Origin: Eledone cirrhosa
Lineage: Eukaryota
DNA: 64,000 nucleotides
Reading direction: 5' to 3'
NCBI GenBank assembly: GCA_964016885.1
Contig: OZ024755.1
Span: forward strand, 7,316,001-7,380,000
In this document: one piece after another, positions 43,375 through 58,917 of the stretch
Numbering within the stretch: the first letter of the stretch is position 1
Layout: each line of letters opens with the position of its first letter
Notes under the pieces: generated by a model
Told to the model about the DNA's origin: nothing
What the model saw: the letters and a program-made list of their open reading frames with translations, nothing else
Databases searched by the model: none
Program-made: the position numbers and the translations under genes

Positions 43375-43406
43375 GCATATTTAATGTTTACCTTCTTTTC
43401 CCCCAG

Positions 43407-43526
43407 AAAACCCCGACGACAAGTGCCACCAGCTTTACTATACTGAGCCGAGATGTGATGATCATCCCTCCGGATATAAATGTGTGTGCGGTCCTGGTTT
43501 CCATTGGAACAAGTATAAATGCATGT
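43407..43526 (+). CDS. EGF-like domain exon
   Basis: CTTCTTTTCCCCCAG acceptor and GTAAGT donor; 120 bp, phase 1-1. Translates NPDDKCHQLYYTEPRCDDHPSGYKCVCGPGFHWNKYKCM, with the EGF C-terminal pattern Y-x-C-x-C-x-x-G-F-x6-C. Confidence 0.85.
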
Positions 43527-44064
43527 GTAAGTAGAATTATTATTTAGTGTGTTTGTGCGTGTGTGGTCACTTGTTGGTACGACAAAACATGATCGATAAA
43601 ATAAGTACTAAACCTGAAACAATAAGTTCTGAGGCCAATATGACTTCATGGTTGACTCAGCATGACAATAGTTCAATCATTGAAACCATTAAAAGAAGGG
43701 ACAACCCCCTGCGATATATAATTGAAAGCTCTCCTCACACGCGGTGTTACAGTTGTTTGATCATATGAACAGCTTGCCTGTGAAATTAGCTTGCAAGTGA
43801 TTGAACATTTCACAAACACGAGTACCGTGAACCTAGTTCTAAAGGAGATTTTATATGACAAGGATCGCCCTTTGAATTACTGGTACAATTAATTATTTCA
43901 AGTTGAGTTGACCAATCGGTATATAATAAAGGACATGATGCGTCACCGAAATGGAACTGTTAGAACCGAAAATTTTAACCACTTGGAATCAGATTCCCAC
44001 ATAAATTACATAGATACTTTATAGAAACCAAAGGGAGATGCGTTAAAATGAATATTTATTCGGT

Positions 44065-44321
44065 GTGTGTGTGTGTGACAGCTCACACCTATGCAGGTTT
44101 AGCTGACCTCCTCCAAGGTATATCTCGTTGGAGGTGTCTTGGGTAATTTAATGATTAGGGACCCCAGTCCTATCATCTCAATTATACAGCTGAGTAAGCT
44201 GGAGAAACGTCAAATAAAGTGTCTTGTTCAAGGAAACAACACATCACCCGGTCTGAGAATTGAACACACAACGCTTCGATTGCAAGCCCAATGTTCTAAT
44301 CACTAAGCCATGCATCTTCAC
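44065..44321 (-). mobile_element. Family C SINE with 12-bp TSD
   Basis: Homologue of 11978-12226; TATTTATTCGGT duplicated at 44053-44064 and 44322-44333. Confidence 0.85.
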
Positions 44322-44871
44322 TATTTATTCGGTAGAAAGAGATGATTTAATAATATATCTTAATCTAAATTGTTGCCAGGAACTACACTTATGGCGATCT
44401 TTATCTCGAAAGTGGTTTTATACCCAATACTTAAACTAAATTATATACGCAAGCATGAATCATTACTGAAGGAAAGTATTCATCTTGTCGCTATTTGGTA
44501 CCCGAGTATTTCTATTTCTATTTACCATTAATTCACCTGCAATCTCTAAAGCAACTACTACATGCAAATATAGCATTAAACGTCTTCAGAAATGGCATTC
44601 ACAATTTCTATTATGCAGAATATCTTTGATTTGTAATCTATAGAGTAGGACTTCAAACATGAGAAGATATAAATCTCCTTGTTATGCCCGGCGCTTCTGT
44701 TAGGGCCAACACGGACTCCACCTAATGCAGAGACCTCAGGGAAGTACACTTTGTACCGAAATACTTTAATTTATCCAATAGCGATCTTTATAAATATCAG
44801 TATAACATGAAGTAGAAATATATATGGGGTATCCCCAAAAGATGTATGCACACTTTGATTACCTGTATAGG

Positions 44872-44909
<38 letters not shown>

Positions 44910-44952
44910 ATGCATACATATATGTGTCTATGCATATATATATATGTGTGTA

Positions 44953-44983
<31 letters not shown>

Positions 44984-45043
44984 GTATGTATATATATATA
45001 TATATGTGCATGTGTGTATATATATATATATATGTGTATGTAT

Positions 45044-45082
<39 letters not shown>

Positions 45083-45110
45083 CATGTGTGTATATATATG
45101 TGCATGTGCG

Positions 45111-45164
<54 letters not shown>

Positions 45165-45292
45165 TATGTATTAATATATATATGTGCATATTTATATGTG
45201 TATGTATATAGATATATATGTGTGTGTGTATATATATATATATATGTATGTATATATATATGTGTGTATATATATATATAATATAATATATA

Positions 45293-45473
45293 ATTGTTTC
45301 TAATTTTGGCACAAGGCCAGCAATTATTCCAGTGCATTACTGGTACTTTATTTTATCGACGCCGTAAGGATGAAAGGCAAAGTTAACGATTTGAACTCAG
45401 ACCCTAAAGGGACGTAACTATGGTAGAAATCATGGCGTACAACACTCTACGGATACTGCCAATTCACCGCCCT
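45293..45473 (-). mobile_element. Family D SINE
   Basis: Homologous to other D copies. Confidence 0.8.
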
Positions 45474-45519
45474 AAATATATAATATAATATATAATGCAT
45501 ACATAAAATATGTAATGGA

Positions 45520-45526
45520 TATATAA

Positions 45527-45557
<31 letters not shown>

Positions 45558-45613
45558 CATTATATATTTTATGTATGCATTATATATATATACATTATAT
45601 ATTTTATGTATGC

Positions 45614-45654
<41 letters not shown>

Positions 45655-45672
45655 TATATATTTTATGTATGC

Positions 45673-45721
<49 letters not shown>

Positions 45722-45739
45722 TATATATTTTATGTATGC

Positions 45740-45780
<41 letters not shown>

Positions 45781-45800
45781 TATATATTTTATGTATGCAT

Positions 45801-45831
<31 letters not shown>

Positions 45832-45849
45832 TATATATTTTATGTATGC

Positions 45850-45886
<37 letters not shown>

Positions 45887-45953
45887 TATATATTTTATGT
45901 ATGCATTATATATATATATATATATATATATACATTATATATTTTATGTATGC

Positions 45954-46022
<69 letters not shown>

Positions 46023-46040
46023 TATATATTTTATGTATGC

Positions 46041-46086
<46 letters not shown>

Positions 46087-46096
46087 CATATACATA
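45520..46096. repeat. Minisatellite ACATTATATATTTTATGTATGCATT(AT)n
   Basis: About 9-10 units with variable (AT)n. Confidence 0.95.
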
Positions 46097-46407
46097 CAAA
46101 CACATAGACAGAGGAATTCTATTCCATTGTAATTAATATAGTCAACTTTGGAAAGTTCCAGTATATATTTAAAAAATATTCACAAAGATCATATTGTATG
46201 ATAGTATTTCTATAGCTGTCTAGAGCGAAGCCCAAAGCTGGAGGGTATATAGTCGTTGTTGGTGATGATGATGATGATGATGATGCTGTTGTTGGTGGGG
46301 TAGGATGTGTTCGTATGAGGGTTGGTGTCTGTCAGTTGTTGTTGTCCTTGGTGTTGTTTTGGTTATGGATATTATGAAAAGTAACTATTATATTCTCATA
46401 TATAAAT

Positions 46408-46538
<131 letters not shown>

Positions 46539-46735
46539 TCTTTTCTAGAAATGTTTCCGAGCTGTGCATTCTGTAGAGTCCTTTCTCACAACACATCAAT
46601 TCTTCGGTTTATAATCAGATAGATTATTCTGCCAGTCTGATGAAACAAGCGCTACTTAAAACTGACGGTTTATTGATTTCAGTGGCTGATATCATGTCAA
46701 TTGAATTCAAGGCTAGCAATTTATCTCTCTCTTCC

Positions 46736-46800
<65 letters not shown>

Positions 46801-46853
46801 ATGTATATACGTATATATACATGTATAGAGGCACGCAAATTACCAGCACACTA

Positions 46854-46953
46854 CTGGGTGTCCCATCAAAAAGTATACACACTTCAACAGCATTCTAATA
46901 AATATTGCCTGTACAGGTAATCAAAGTGTGTATACATTTTCTGGGACATCATG
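46854..46953. mobile_element. Family E MITE
   Basis: Homologous to 31439-31540. Partial copies at 12939-13012 and 44824-44877. Confidence 0.75.
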
Positions 46954-47243
46954 TATATATACATATATATATACTTACTTTTACTGATAATGATGATAAA
47001 TACTTGATTATATATATTTTTCTCAAGTGAAACAAAGTCATACAGACGTCCTTTATTCTGTGTCTTGAAATAACTGTGTTCAGTCATTCGCACCTATGCT
47101 GGTGTAACGGAATAATTTGATCAATCATATCGACCCCAGTATTTAGTTTTACAAATCTGGTACTTATATCTCGCTTTTATCGAATCGGTAAGTTACCTGG
47201 CAATGCACAAAGACAAAAACCATAAAAATAGATGCATACCGAC

Positions 47244-47305
<62 letters not shown>

Positions 47306-47319
47306 AAGTTTTCTTCTCA

Positions 47320-47362
<43 letters not shown>

Positions 47363-47363
47363 A

Positions 47364-47564
47364 CAACAAAGAAAGTGTGGTAAAATACTAGGTGGACCAT
47401 AACGCACCAGAGTACTCGATACTTAGGGCAGCAGAGTGGGTAATAGGAAAAGAGTCAGAACCCCGACGGTTGAGCTCCGGCCATATCGACAGCTAGATCC
47501 GAACGAATCAATTCGGGTCTAGCTGTCGAAACGGCTGGAGCTCAGCCGTAGGGGTCCTGTCTCT

Positions 47565-47571
<7 letters not shown>
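47364..47571 (-). mobile_element. Hairpin-plus-tail element, family B copy 5 (reverse orientation)
   Basis: Reverse-complement tail 47364-47442 then palindrome 47443-47571; flanked by (ATCT)n and (TA)n. Confidence 0.8.
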
Positions 47572-47602
<31 letters not shown>

Positions 47603-48499
47603 TAGCGAGAATCGTATTTCGGTTTAGGAATTAACGAACAACAACTTCCGAGATGTGTGGCAAGCGCTCGATGATTCAGATGAATATATGTAAATATATA
47701 TATAATATATATTTACATATCTACACTACATGTGTGTGTGTGTCAGACATCTGCTGTTGGTTGTATGTAACAAGATCCACTCATACTACACACTGATCGA
47801 ATTACTGAAAGCTCATCGTCGAAACCGACGGGAGATCCATCTAACTAACCTTATCCAGTTGTCCTGACAACCTGGCATCTATTAGGAGTATATTAGGGCA
47901 AAAAACTACCAGGAAGATCGACTTATTTCACTTGTTACGATACAATTGGAAACATTCAAATATAATTTAGACCAAGTTTGTGTATGTTGATTCTCCTTCA
48001 GTTTGCTCAGGCAAGTGGCCCTGCATTCGATAGACACGTGCACTATTTATGTAATTTTGAGCGTGTTTCAGCATGATACAGTGAGACAAAGTTTGTCATG
48101 GGGTTTTCTTCAACTGAGTGGAGTGGAACAAAATGAAAGAAAGTGTCTTGTTCAAGGACACAACGCATCGCAGTGAGTCGAACTTGCGGCTTTGTGATCA
48201 TGAACCGAAAGCCCTAACCACTAAGCCAAACCTTCACTCTAGACTAACAATAAATATACTGAAACATCAAAATAAACTACTCTCTTTTTCTTGTTCTACA
48301 GTTCAATCTTCATTTCTAACATCAATGACGATGATAACAGTTCTTCCATAAACTCTACAGCTATTTAGTTGGCTTTCTATATTGTCTTTATTTATTTCTG
48401 TTTCTTGCTTAACCAATTCCATCTCGCTATGTCTTGTATAAACTATTACATATATACTTATAGAAACACACATACCGTACACACACACGCACACACACA

Positions 48500-49645
<1,146 letters not shown>

Positions 49646-49763
49646 TCTATACATATACACGTCTCTATCTATATACTTTTATGTAATGTGTAAACATCTG
49701 TGTTCTTACTTTTGGATATACATTTTGGGAGCTTGCTCCCTTTCTCTCTCTCTCGCACGCAGT

Positions 49764-49873
<110 letters not shown>

Positions 49874-50028
49874 GTATGTGTGTGTGTCTGAGTCTGTGTG
49901 CGCATAATTTTCAACGTATGGTCGTTTATTCTTTAAAAGTATTAATGTTTATCATTACACAAATGTAATACAATCTTTTATTCTATGGAATTCATCGATT
50001 TTTCTAAAACATCAAAATAAAATATATA

Positions 50029-50060
<32 letters not shown>

Positions 50061-50454
50061 ACTGAAGCCAAACATTGCTAGAGCGTTGTCAAGATTGCAG
50101 ACAAAATTATACTTTTAGTCTTCTAGAAAATTACAGAAAATTACAACTGATTTTTTCTTTGGTTTCTTATATCCGAATAGTTGTGAAATCCCAGTCGGAA
50201 GCTATTTTAGTTGAAGTTAACTAGTTGCTTTATTTTATTTGTATTTCGTCTGTATAAAATGAAATATTGCAGACGTATTAATCCAGTAAACACACTTGTT
50301 ATTGATTCTACTGTAAAGTTGAATGAAATGGAACTCCGTCTCTTTCGACTATAAATGGGTAGTTTTAGTTTCTCAACAAAACGAAAGAGCCTATTTGTGA
50401 AATCAATGTGCAAATGACTGAGCATTTCTCCTCAGACCCTCGTCCTCATAACGT

Positions 50455-51068
50455 AAATCAAATTCTGCCCAGGTCAGCTTTGTCTTTCATCTTTCCGAAC
50501 CGCGGTCGATTTAATAGAACTTTCTCTACCTTTAAATTGCAGACCTTGTGCTTAAATTAGGAAACGTTGTTATTATCCTGAGAGGAAAGGGCGGTGGATA
50601 GGTAGTATCGGTAGAGAGTCGGACACCATGTTTTGCAGCACAGAGTTACGGCCCTTTATGATCTGAGTTCAAATCCCGCCGAGATTAACTTTGCCTTTCA
50701 TCCTTACCGGTTCGATAAAATCATGTACCAGTCACGCACTGGGGTCGATTCAATTGACTTTCCTTTCCCCCAAAATTGCTAGCCTTGTGTCTATATAAGA
50801 AACCATTATTATCCTTGGCAGTATCGGTAGAGGGTCGGACGCCATGCTTTCAAGCATAGTTACGTCCCTTTATGATCTGAGTTCAAATCCCGCCGAGGTT
50901 GACTTTGCCTTTCATCCTTACGGGGTCGATAAAATAAAGTACCAGTAATGCACTGGATAATTTCTGGCCTTGTGCCTAAAGTAGAAACAATTATTATCCT
51001 TATAAAGTACCAGTAATGCACTGGGTAATTGCTGGCCTTGTGCCTAAAGTAGAAACAATTATTATCCT
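50455..51068 (+). mobile_element. Head-to-tail array of family D SINEs
   Basis: Old copy at about 50455-50570, full copy 50588-50812, 5'-clipped copy 50816-50998, and tail-only unit 51003-51068; each ends in TTATTATCCT. Confidence 0.8.
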
Positions 51069-51310
51069 TAGAGGAATAAGAGTCATACAGGCTCACCCCT
51101 TATCTCCCTTTGTTGTGGAACTCTTCTTTGCTAGACGACATTTAGGGCGTTGGTTTAAAGCTAATCTAAGGTATTTTTGTTCATAATTATCTTTGACAAC
51201 ATTTAGTTGTTTTAACGGTTGTTCTAGCGATGAGTTTTCTCATTTTATATGTATTTAAATAATTTGTATTTTATTCCATTTTATACCACCTCTTCTTTCT
51301 CATTTTGCAG

Positions 51311-51610
51311 CTTCTGCGTTAGATTCGCGGCTAGAATTCCGAAATAAAGATCCTGTACGATATACGTTACTTTTGGGTAAAGGATTTCCGGAAGTGAAAA
51401 ATATTACCATTGCATTCTGGGTGAAGGCTAACGGAAGTAATATGAACCAAGATACTATTCTATCCTACAAGCAGGATCAGACTATCAACATATTACGTAT
51501 AACAAGTGGAAGTAATTTAGTTTTTAATATATTCCGCAAACGTATATCAACAAATATTTCGTTAACAAATGAAGTGTGGACTCATGTGGTATGGACATGG
51601 AGAATGCATG
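51311..51610 (+). CDS. Pentraxin/LamG-like domain, N-terminal half (SVEP1-like secreted protein)
   Basis: TTTTGCAG acceptor and G|GTAAGT donor; 300 bp, phase 1-1. SALDSRLEFRNKDPVRYTLLLGKGFPEVKNITIAFWVK...TILSY...NEVWTHVVWTWRMH contains pentraxin-type T-I-x-F-W-V-K, TILSY and WxHxxxTW motifs. Confidence 0.92.
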
Positions 51611-51710
51611 GTAAGTAGTCTACATATTTACTTATTTATTAGCACAAACGCTTCATGTTTATTTTTATCCAGAAGACAGCGCTAGTGACATAAGTATTCA
51701 GAACAGTACT

Positions 51711-51775
<65 letters not shown>

Positions 51776-51812
51776 GAAAATAACAGATTAAAGTTTAAGC
51801 AAGCAATCGCTG

Positions 51813-51853
<41 letters not shown>

Positions 51854-53130
51854 TAGATAGATCACCTGTGTTGTCTATACTTTACATTTCACTGTTGACG
51901 CAGTGTGGTCGAAGTTCGCTTCGTAATTATTATGTCTCGGGTGGGTCGACCCATTCTTTGTGAGTGAAATTGGGCAGACTGAAACTGTTTGGAAGCCCGT
52001 CTGATGGACTGCACGTGTAATTCAAAATGCCATCATTATCACACATTCTGTCACACTGAAATTCCTCGAAAAATTACGTTAAGGATACACGTGTCTGTGG
52101 AATAACGGCAACTTACATGTTAATTTCATGAGCAGACCTTTCTACCGATCAAATAACCAGAACACTTATCTTCGAAACTGACGGAGGTCCTTTCCATTCA
52201 TTACCCGAGTTACTTAATCAAACACCTTTAATTCAAAGTAACCACGCTACAGGTATGTATATGATGAATCAATACCTGGCGTGTCTATCCTTTACATGTC
52301 ATTACCTGCACAGCTGAATAAAAAGAACTGTTTGTTCAACACAGCATGTTGTTGCATGTGAACTATTTCTTCTTCATGCGATCGAAAGATCGATCTCCGT
52401 CGATTTCGACGATGAATTTTCCAGGTGTTACGATTAACAGAGTAGCCTGCTCCTGAAATTAGCGTGCAAGTGGCTCAGCATTCTACAAATATATTTACCT
52501 TTAATGCGTGTGATAAGGCTAGATCTTTGAATTGCAGGTACAGTCCATCCATCCAACGGGTTCCAAACAGGTCCCGTCCACCCAATTTTCCTTAAATGAC
52601 AGGGGGTCAAAACATGATATGAAGTGGGATCGAACCCGGGAACAAATGATTGCGAAGCGAACCGCTTAACCATTAAGCCATGTTGCATCTGCGATCATTC
52701 TGGGGAAACTCTCTACAAATATTTTATCGACCACTGTACTTATTTCTGATACTTATTTTATCGATCTCTCTTTATCGAACTCATAAACCTCTGTGTTGAC
52801 ATAGACACACTTTGCCACTCCACTTTTCATCTGTAGTCACACACAAACATGCACTCACACGCACACACAAAAGCATATATATACAAATATATTTTATTAA
52901 TGACTAGAGTAAATATAGTTATATGACTCCACTATAGTTTTACAAATATCCCGTCCAAATTGCCTAGTGGTTACGGTGTTACTTTAAAGATTTTAAAATC
53001 GTGGGTTCGGGATCCCGTTCTCGTGATCTAGTGGTTATAGTATTCGTCTAAAATACACAATGCCGTGTTTTCGATTCATAGAACAGGTGATATGGCGACA
53101 GCAATCTATGAAATTATGTTGGATGGGAGA

Positions 53131-53321
53131 CAGACCTGCCAACCTCTAAAATCCCAAGCGGGGAGTACAATGAAAACAAGTGCCCCCAAACGTGGAGAAA
53201 TGATGCAAAATGGGGAGATTTTACATAAAGCTATACCAATTTTCACAAGAGAAAACATCTCTCACTCACCTGAAAGTGGATGGGAGATCTCCCCGTCGGA
53301 TGGGGAGAGTTGACAGGCCCG
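53131..53321 (+). mobile_element. ~190-bp MITE with short imperfect TIRs (hAT-like, family F)
   Basis: CAGACCTGCCAAC ... GTTGACAGGCCCG. Homologues at about 32003-32338 (SINE-interrupted) and 57232-57402 (minus). No clean 8-bp TSD seen. Confidence 0.6.
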
Positions 53322-53559
53322 ATGAGGTTCTATGTATTGCAGTATCAAGGTTTAGATACGTTGTGGTGGGTATATTGATTACCTTGTTCTGTGACATTTG
53401 TAATCACATGAAAAGATATGAGATACGCTAACATAAAACAAAGTATTGATTAATATCATAAAGAAATTGTAATTCCTTACAAAACACTGAATAGTTGGCT
53501 CTGTGGTTCTGTGGCTACATATTTAAATATTTATACCAGGTTTTGTTTTCTTTCCTCAG

Positions 53560-53877
53560 ATGGTAATTGGCGTCTTTACATCAATGGAACCAAAAAACAA
53601 AGCGGACGTGGTGCTTCGGCGAATAAAGCAATTCCTTCTGATGGAGAACTGGTTCTCGGCCAAGCTTCACGTGAAGGCGCTTATTTTAATACTACTTATG
53701 CTTTTGTCGGTGATTTAAGTCACTTTAACATCTGGGATTACGAAATGAAGCGCCAAGCAATTAGAAGTATGTATCAGTCCTGTGTATTTATGCATTGTGG
53801 AAATGTTGTCCAATGGGCGGAATTTCGCAGTGGTACACGAGGAGCGATGCGTCTACGTTGGCCTTCAGGGCTTGTCA
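53560..53877 (+). CDS. Pentraxin/LamG-like domain, C-terminal half
   Basis: TTTCCTCAG acceptor and A|GTAAGT donor; 318 bp, phase 1-1. DGNWRLYINGTKKQSG...IPSDGELVLGQ...AFVGDLSHFNIWDY...CGNVVQW matches the pentraxin GxWxLYxNG, GxLxLGQ, FxGxLxxFNIWD and GNVVxW motifs. In frame with the previous exon. Confidence 0.92.
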
Positions 53878-53911
53878 GTAAGTATACACTATATTTTCTT
53901 AATATTACAAA

Positions 53912-54050
53912 TTCTGCCGAGGTTAACTTTGCCTTTCATCCTTACGAGGTCGATAAAATAAAGTACCAATAATGCACTAGGGGCGATGTAATCGACTTTC
54001 CCCTCCCCTCAAATTGGTAGCCTGGTGCCTGAATCAGAAACCAATATTAA
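53912..54050 (+). mobile_element. Family D SINE, 5'-truncated
   Basis: GCCGAGGTTAACTTTGCCTTTCATCCTTACGAGGTCGATAAAATAAAGTACC. Further fragments near 17150, 33170 and 57620. Confidence 0.75.
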
Positions 54051-55168
54051 TATTACACTTAGTATCCACAATCTTCAGATGTAAGACCATCCTATCTGTT
54101 TAATATTCAGATGTTGTAATAGATAATCTGTCAGTTACTGGTTCGGAATATGAAACGTGTGCTTTATAGGAATCAGGTTGTTACAGGAACATACATATTC
54201 GATGAGGTAATCTGGAGGCTTTTAACATAAACCCCTCTAAGTATAAGATTATAACTAGCGCCATTTATTTCGTATTCGACCACTTGATGGAAATATAATT
54301 GGAAATATCTGGGTAAAATAGTAAATCGAATATATTTATAGCTAATATATCATTAATAAATCTTTGCTCCAAAATATTGCTTTTATTGATAAACTAAAAT
54401 ATTGGGAAAATGCTTAGATTGGGGTATTATCGACTCATGCTTAGAAATATATTACGGCTGGAAGATTCAATTTAGCAAATGCATGCCATTTGGAACAGAT
54501 TACTGTCAAAAGAATGTGAGGTATTATCTGCATCTAACCTATAGAATGATTAAGCACATTGTGATTATGGACAACTGCATTTGAAGAAGCGACAAACGGA
54601 ATTTGAGTAAAATATTTATAAATTAAGAAACTGCATGAATAATGGAGAGAATTGAACTGAAAAGGGATAGAATTGAGTCGAGATAAATGAAATTCTTTAG
54701 AAGAAATATTTGTAATTTGGTTATAAATCATTCGATTATCTTGGCCGCTTTGTGTCAACGGAAGCGAAATTGCAGTTAATTTTCTATCTGACACCTTTCT
54801 TAATTAGATTTAACCCGTTTCATATCAATTCGCCCACAACGGTCTCTTTAAAGCGTTCCCAAACTGCCCAACACAGTTTACCTAAGACGCTTTTGTGATT
54901 TTACAAATAACATCTTAATGAGATAATTAGTAACATTAGTAAATCCCCCAAGATTCTTCTATAATTCAAATATTGTGTATTTCACTATATATGGTAGCAA
55001 AATGTTTAAGAACAAATATAATGTTGCGATTATTATTGTTTTCGAGAAATACCACCAGAAGAAAAATCGTTTCCTTGATCCGATCTTATGATCGGCTCCT
55101 TTCCTTTGTTATATAAAAGTGTTCTCAAAGTTTCTATCTATTACATAGCATATTATAAATATTTTCAG

Positions 55169-55234
55169 CCAAGCCTTGCTTTGACGAGCACGAAGCTGCA
55201 ACAACATGTGACAAGCATTGCAGCGACGTCATAG
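55169..55234 (+). CDS. Small Cys-rich exon following the pentraxin domain
   Basis: TTTTCAG acceptor and G|GTAAGT donor; 66 bp, phase 1-1, open: (T)KPCFDEHEAATTCDKHCSDVI. Confidence 0.75.
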   Translation, partial: PSLALTSTKLQQHVTSIAATS

Positions 55235-58200
55235 GTAAGTCATAATTATTTGTTATTATTTCAATTCTCTTTAAGGTGAAGTTTAGAAGCTTTATCATAA
55301 TTTAATTTTCTTTTGAACTGACATGAAATAAAACAACCATATTTCTATTACACGCTTTGTTGGGATTTTAAATGAGTTGTGTTAAAAATAATTCATCATT
55401 TAATAAACGTATATATTTCTTCATTGAAGTGAATAAAACCTCATATGAGTTAATGTTTACTGGCGTATTTATGAATGATTTAACACTGAGAAACACAAGA
55501 TATCTGTGATATAAACGAATTATACGTTATACTGAATTAAAATGTGATTAATGTGCAATTTACTAATTGTAATGAAGACTCGTGCTTTAATAAGTAAAGT
55601 CGCGAATTCGATTCCCAGACGGTGTAGTATGTTCTATGTTTGAGCAAAATACTTTATTTCACGTATCTGCAATTATTCAACGAGTCAGAGTAGTCGTACA
55701 ATGTTACACTGAATCTATGGGAATTTCATTAAGGGTACACGTGCTCATGAAATCCTCAGCCACATGCACTTTATTTCCTGAGTAGTCTGTTCTATACTTC
55801 GATGAAGTGGACTGCAAATCGTCGTAACTGACAGATTTTCAATACACCCACATTGATAAACAAACATACTGTAAATTACATCGAATATGTTGAGGTTATA
55901 AGGACTTTGTCAATTCTAGTTTACATCACTTCTGTATAGTTTCTTCGGAGTCAAGATTAATTTTGCCGAATTCTTTAACTTTCTATTGTGTAACACAATC
56001 CTAACGTGACATACCAAACAGCATGTGTGGATTAGGAGTGCCATAATGTATATATCCTTAATTAACCGTGGATTGCTTTAAAGAGATCTTTGGTATTCAC
56101 GATTTTGTGAGCGAATACTTGATAATGATGATGAATATCAAAATATTATGAATAGCCAATGAGATTTTCCGCAAAGATCTGTCATAGAAGGTGATATTTC
56201 TATCCAAATATTTCTATGACACTATTGCCATTTCATTGTAAGATAGCAACTTGTAGTGAAAGCGTGGATAAAAAAAATGATATAAAGCATTGAAGAAAAT
56301 CTTTCAAAACGAATTCTTGTATTATTAAGACTCTTCCATTATATTTAAACGGTTCCAATATTTTGGTACCGAAGGTAAATGAAAACCTTTATCTCCTGTC
56401 ATCAGATCCCGTGAATATGATAGCAATATCTCTGAGGGCGGGGGACATATTTGCAAAAGGATTCCGACATGCGAAATATTGACGCCGGTAGCTATGATTT
56501 GTGGTTATTGAGTTTCAGGAGAAATGGTTCGTAGTTTGGTAACAGCAAGATCGATAATCAATTGAAATAGCTTCTTACCGGTTCTGATTTTGAATAAAGA
56601 AATCTATACAGCAAAAACCACTGAAAATACAGGAATAATCACAAGAATATATAAATACAAGAATAAATTAGAAAAAATATAAATAATAACGAATATAAAT
56701 GTTTTGTAGCGGTGAGGTGTTTAGGATTCTATGAATGCATCCATCCAGTCTATAATAAAGACAGCTTTTGTCAGTGAAACATTTCGATGTTTTATATTAC
56801 ATTCCAGTTAGCGGAAAGTAGTTTGATATTAGATGCAGGAAAAGAATTATGTTTCAAATAAATACTGGTGTATATCTATTATCTATTGTCAATGATAGCT
56901 AAATGATAGAATAGGAACGAAATAATTATATGTCATTAATATTTGTAAAATAATCGAATCTTCAGTAAATATATATATATATATTATATATATGTATATG
57001 TTTTTCCGTATACAACGAATGTTAGTCTCACCCATTTGTTATGGGGTTTTTTAAATGACGATATTATGGTTTGCTTTTTGCCAAAATGACTAACCTTTAA
57101 AATATTTGATAATGTACAGGATAATAAATACCAGATACATGATTCCTTATTAAACAAATCAGAATATAATTACAGATATTGTTCTCTATTAAATATGATT
57201 CTTCTAACTCTTATATAATCATAATAGATAATGGGGAGATCTCCCACCTACTTTGGGGTGGGTGAGAGATGTCTTCTCTTGTGAAAATGGGGTAGCTTTC
57301 ATTATGTAAAATCTCCACATTTTGCCTCATTTATCTATGTTTTGGGGAACCTTTTTTTCATGATTCTCCCCGTTTGGATTTTTAGAGGTTGGCAGCTCTG
57401 TCATAATATTACTCTACTAGAAACGGTTGTTTCTTATGACCCCTTAAATGTGTAAAATATATACAAACAAAAGACTGTTCTGGATATCTTTTATAGGAAT
57501 TCTCCGCAAATTTATATTTAAATACAATCTTTGTTTTTGTGTAACACATAGGATGCATAATCAAGTAGTTTTAGGATTATAGCCTTTCCAGTCGTAGGAT
57601 TATCCTATTAGTAATTAGACAGGTTAGCTTTGCCTTTCATCCTTACGGAGTCGATAACATAATACACTGGGGTCGATTTAATCGACTTTCCCCTCCGCTT
57701 CAAATTACTGGTCTTGTGCCTAAAGTAGAAATCATTGTTATTATTGGGGTGTTAAATTAACATTATCAGTAGAGCGTTGAACAACATGCTTTGTGGCATA
57801 GAGTTATGTCTGTTTACGTCCAATAAAATTGTATCTTGATTATACACATCCAGCGCATTGGTGTATCGACGAGGAAATATCTAGAAACCGAAGTGTAGAT
57901 ATTAGATTCTTTAAAAATATAATTTATATCGCAATTAATAAAGTTTCTCTACTCATTAATGCTATCGGTTGTTTATGAGTAAGATTTAATTAGAGACACC
58001 TCTCAAAGAATTTCCCATATTAATTAAACACAGCAAGCGAACATGAACTATCCCTTGCCATAAATATTAGCAACGTGCTGTGCATTCTAATTAGAATATA
58101 TACCATGCTTCAGAGAAGACAGTTTAATTAAAGCCGTTTTAACATGTTTGGAAATCTTTATAACCTTCATGTTTATTTCCGTTTCTTTTTCTTTTTAAAT

Positions 58201-58376
58201 TCTTGTAGAAAATAACCGATCGATTAACTTTGTGATCAATATCATTTAGTCATTGTGTATTGTTTGTAGGTTCCTTTACGTAGGAGAATAAAATTAGTAT
58301 GTATAGCAAATGGTCCTTAAATCATGTGTAGGTGTTAGGCAGGGACTATATGCGTTTTTCTCGTGTATTCCCTTTA

Positions 58377-58470
58377 CAGGGTGTCCCCAAAAATGTATAC
58401 ACAAAGGCTGTGCATTCAAATAAATATTGCTCATACAGGTAATCAAAGTATGTATAAGTTTTTGGGACAC

Positions 58471-58474
<4 letters not shown>
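58377..58474. mobile_element. ~100-bp Tc1/mariner-like MITE (family E)
   Basis: TIRs CAGGGTGTCCCCAAAAATGTATAC and GTATAAGTTTTTGGGACACCC, flanked by TA. Confidence 0.75.
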
Positions 58475-58511
<37 letters not shown>

Positions 58512-58653
58512 TTGTTATACTTGGGAAGGGTCATATTTTTATAATATTTTCTAAAAGATACAGAAGCGAAAACCAACCCCAACCAAACAGTGAGTGTGTT
58601 TTGTTATTATTTCTGGCAATATTATAACAATATGACTCTCCCCAAGTATAACA

Positions 58654-58685
<32 letters not shown>

Positions 58686-58917
58686 TGCCCCCCCGTTATT
58701 GAGTATGGCCATTGCACGATATAACATTATTAACAATTATCAATTAATGCTATCGTGCAATGCCTGTGCGTGAAGATTTTTTTTAATTGAGGAAAGACTG
58801 TGCACTGAGCCAATCCCACTCTCTGAGCGACAGTAGTTATAACCCGAAAAGAAGAAAAAATCAACATTACCAGTAACTACTGAGCCGCAGGTTTTATGTT
58901 GGAGTTATCCCAGTTCC

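Noticed and set aside
46545-46670. Hammerhead-like cores near 46636 (+) and 46545-46610 (-)
   Set aside because: Core substitutions and no convincing stems I/III.
51311-53877. Assigning gene symbol SVEP1 or CRP
   Set aside because: The domain family is clear but orthology cannot be established from these exons alone.
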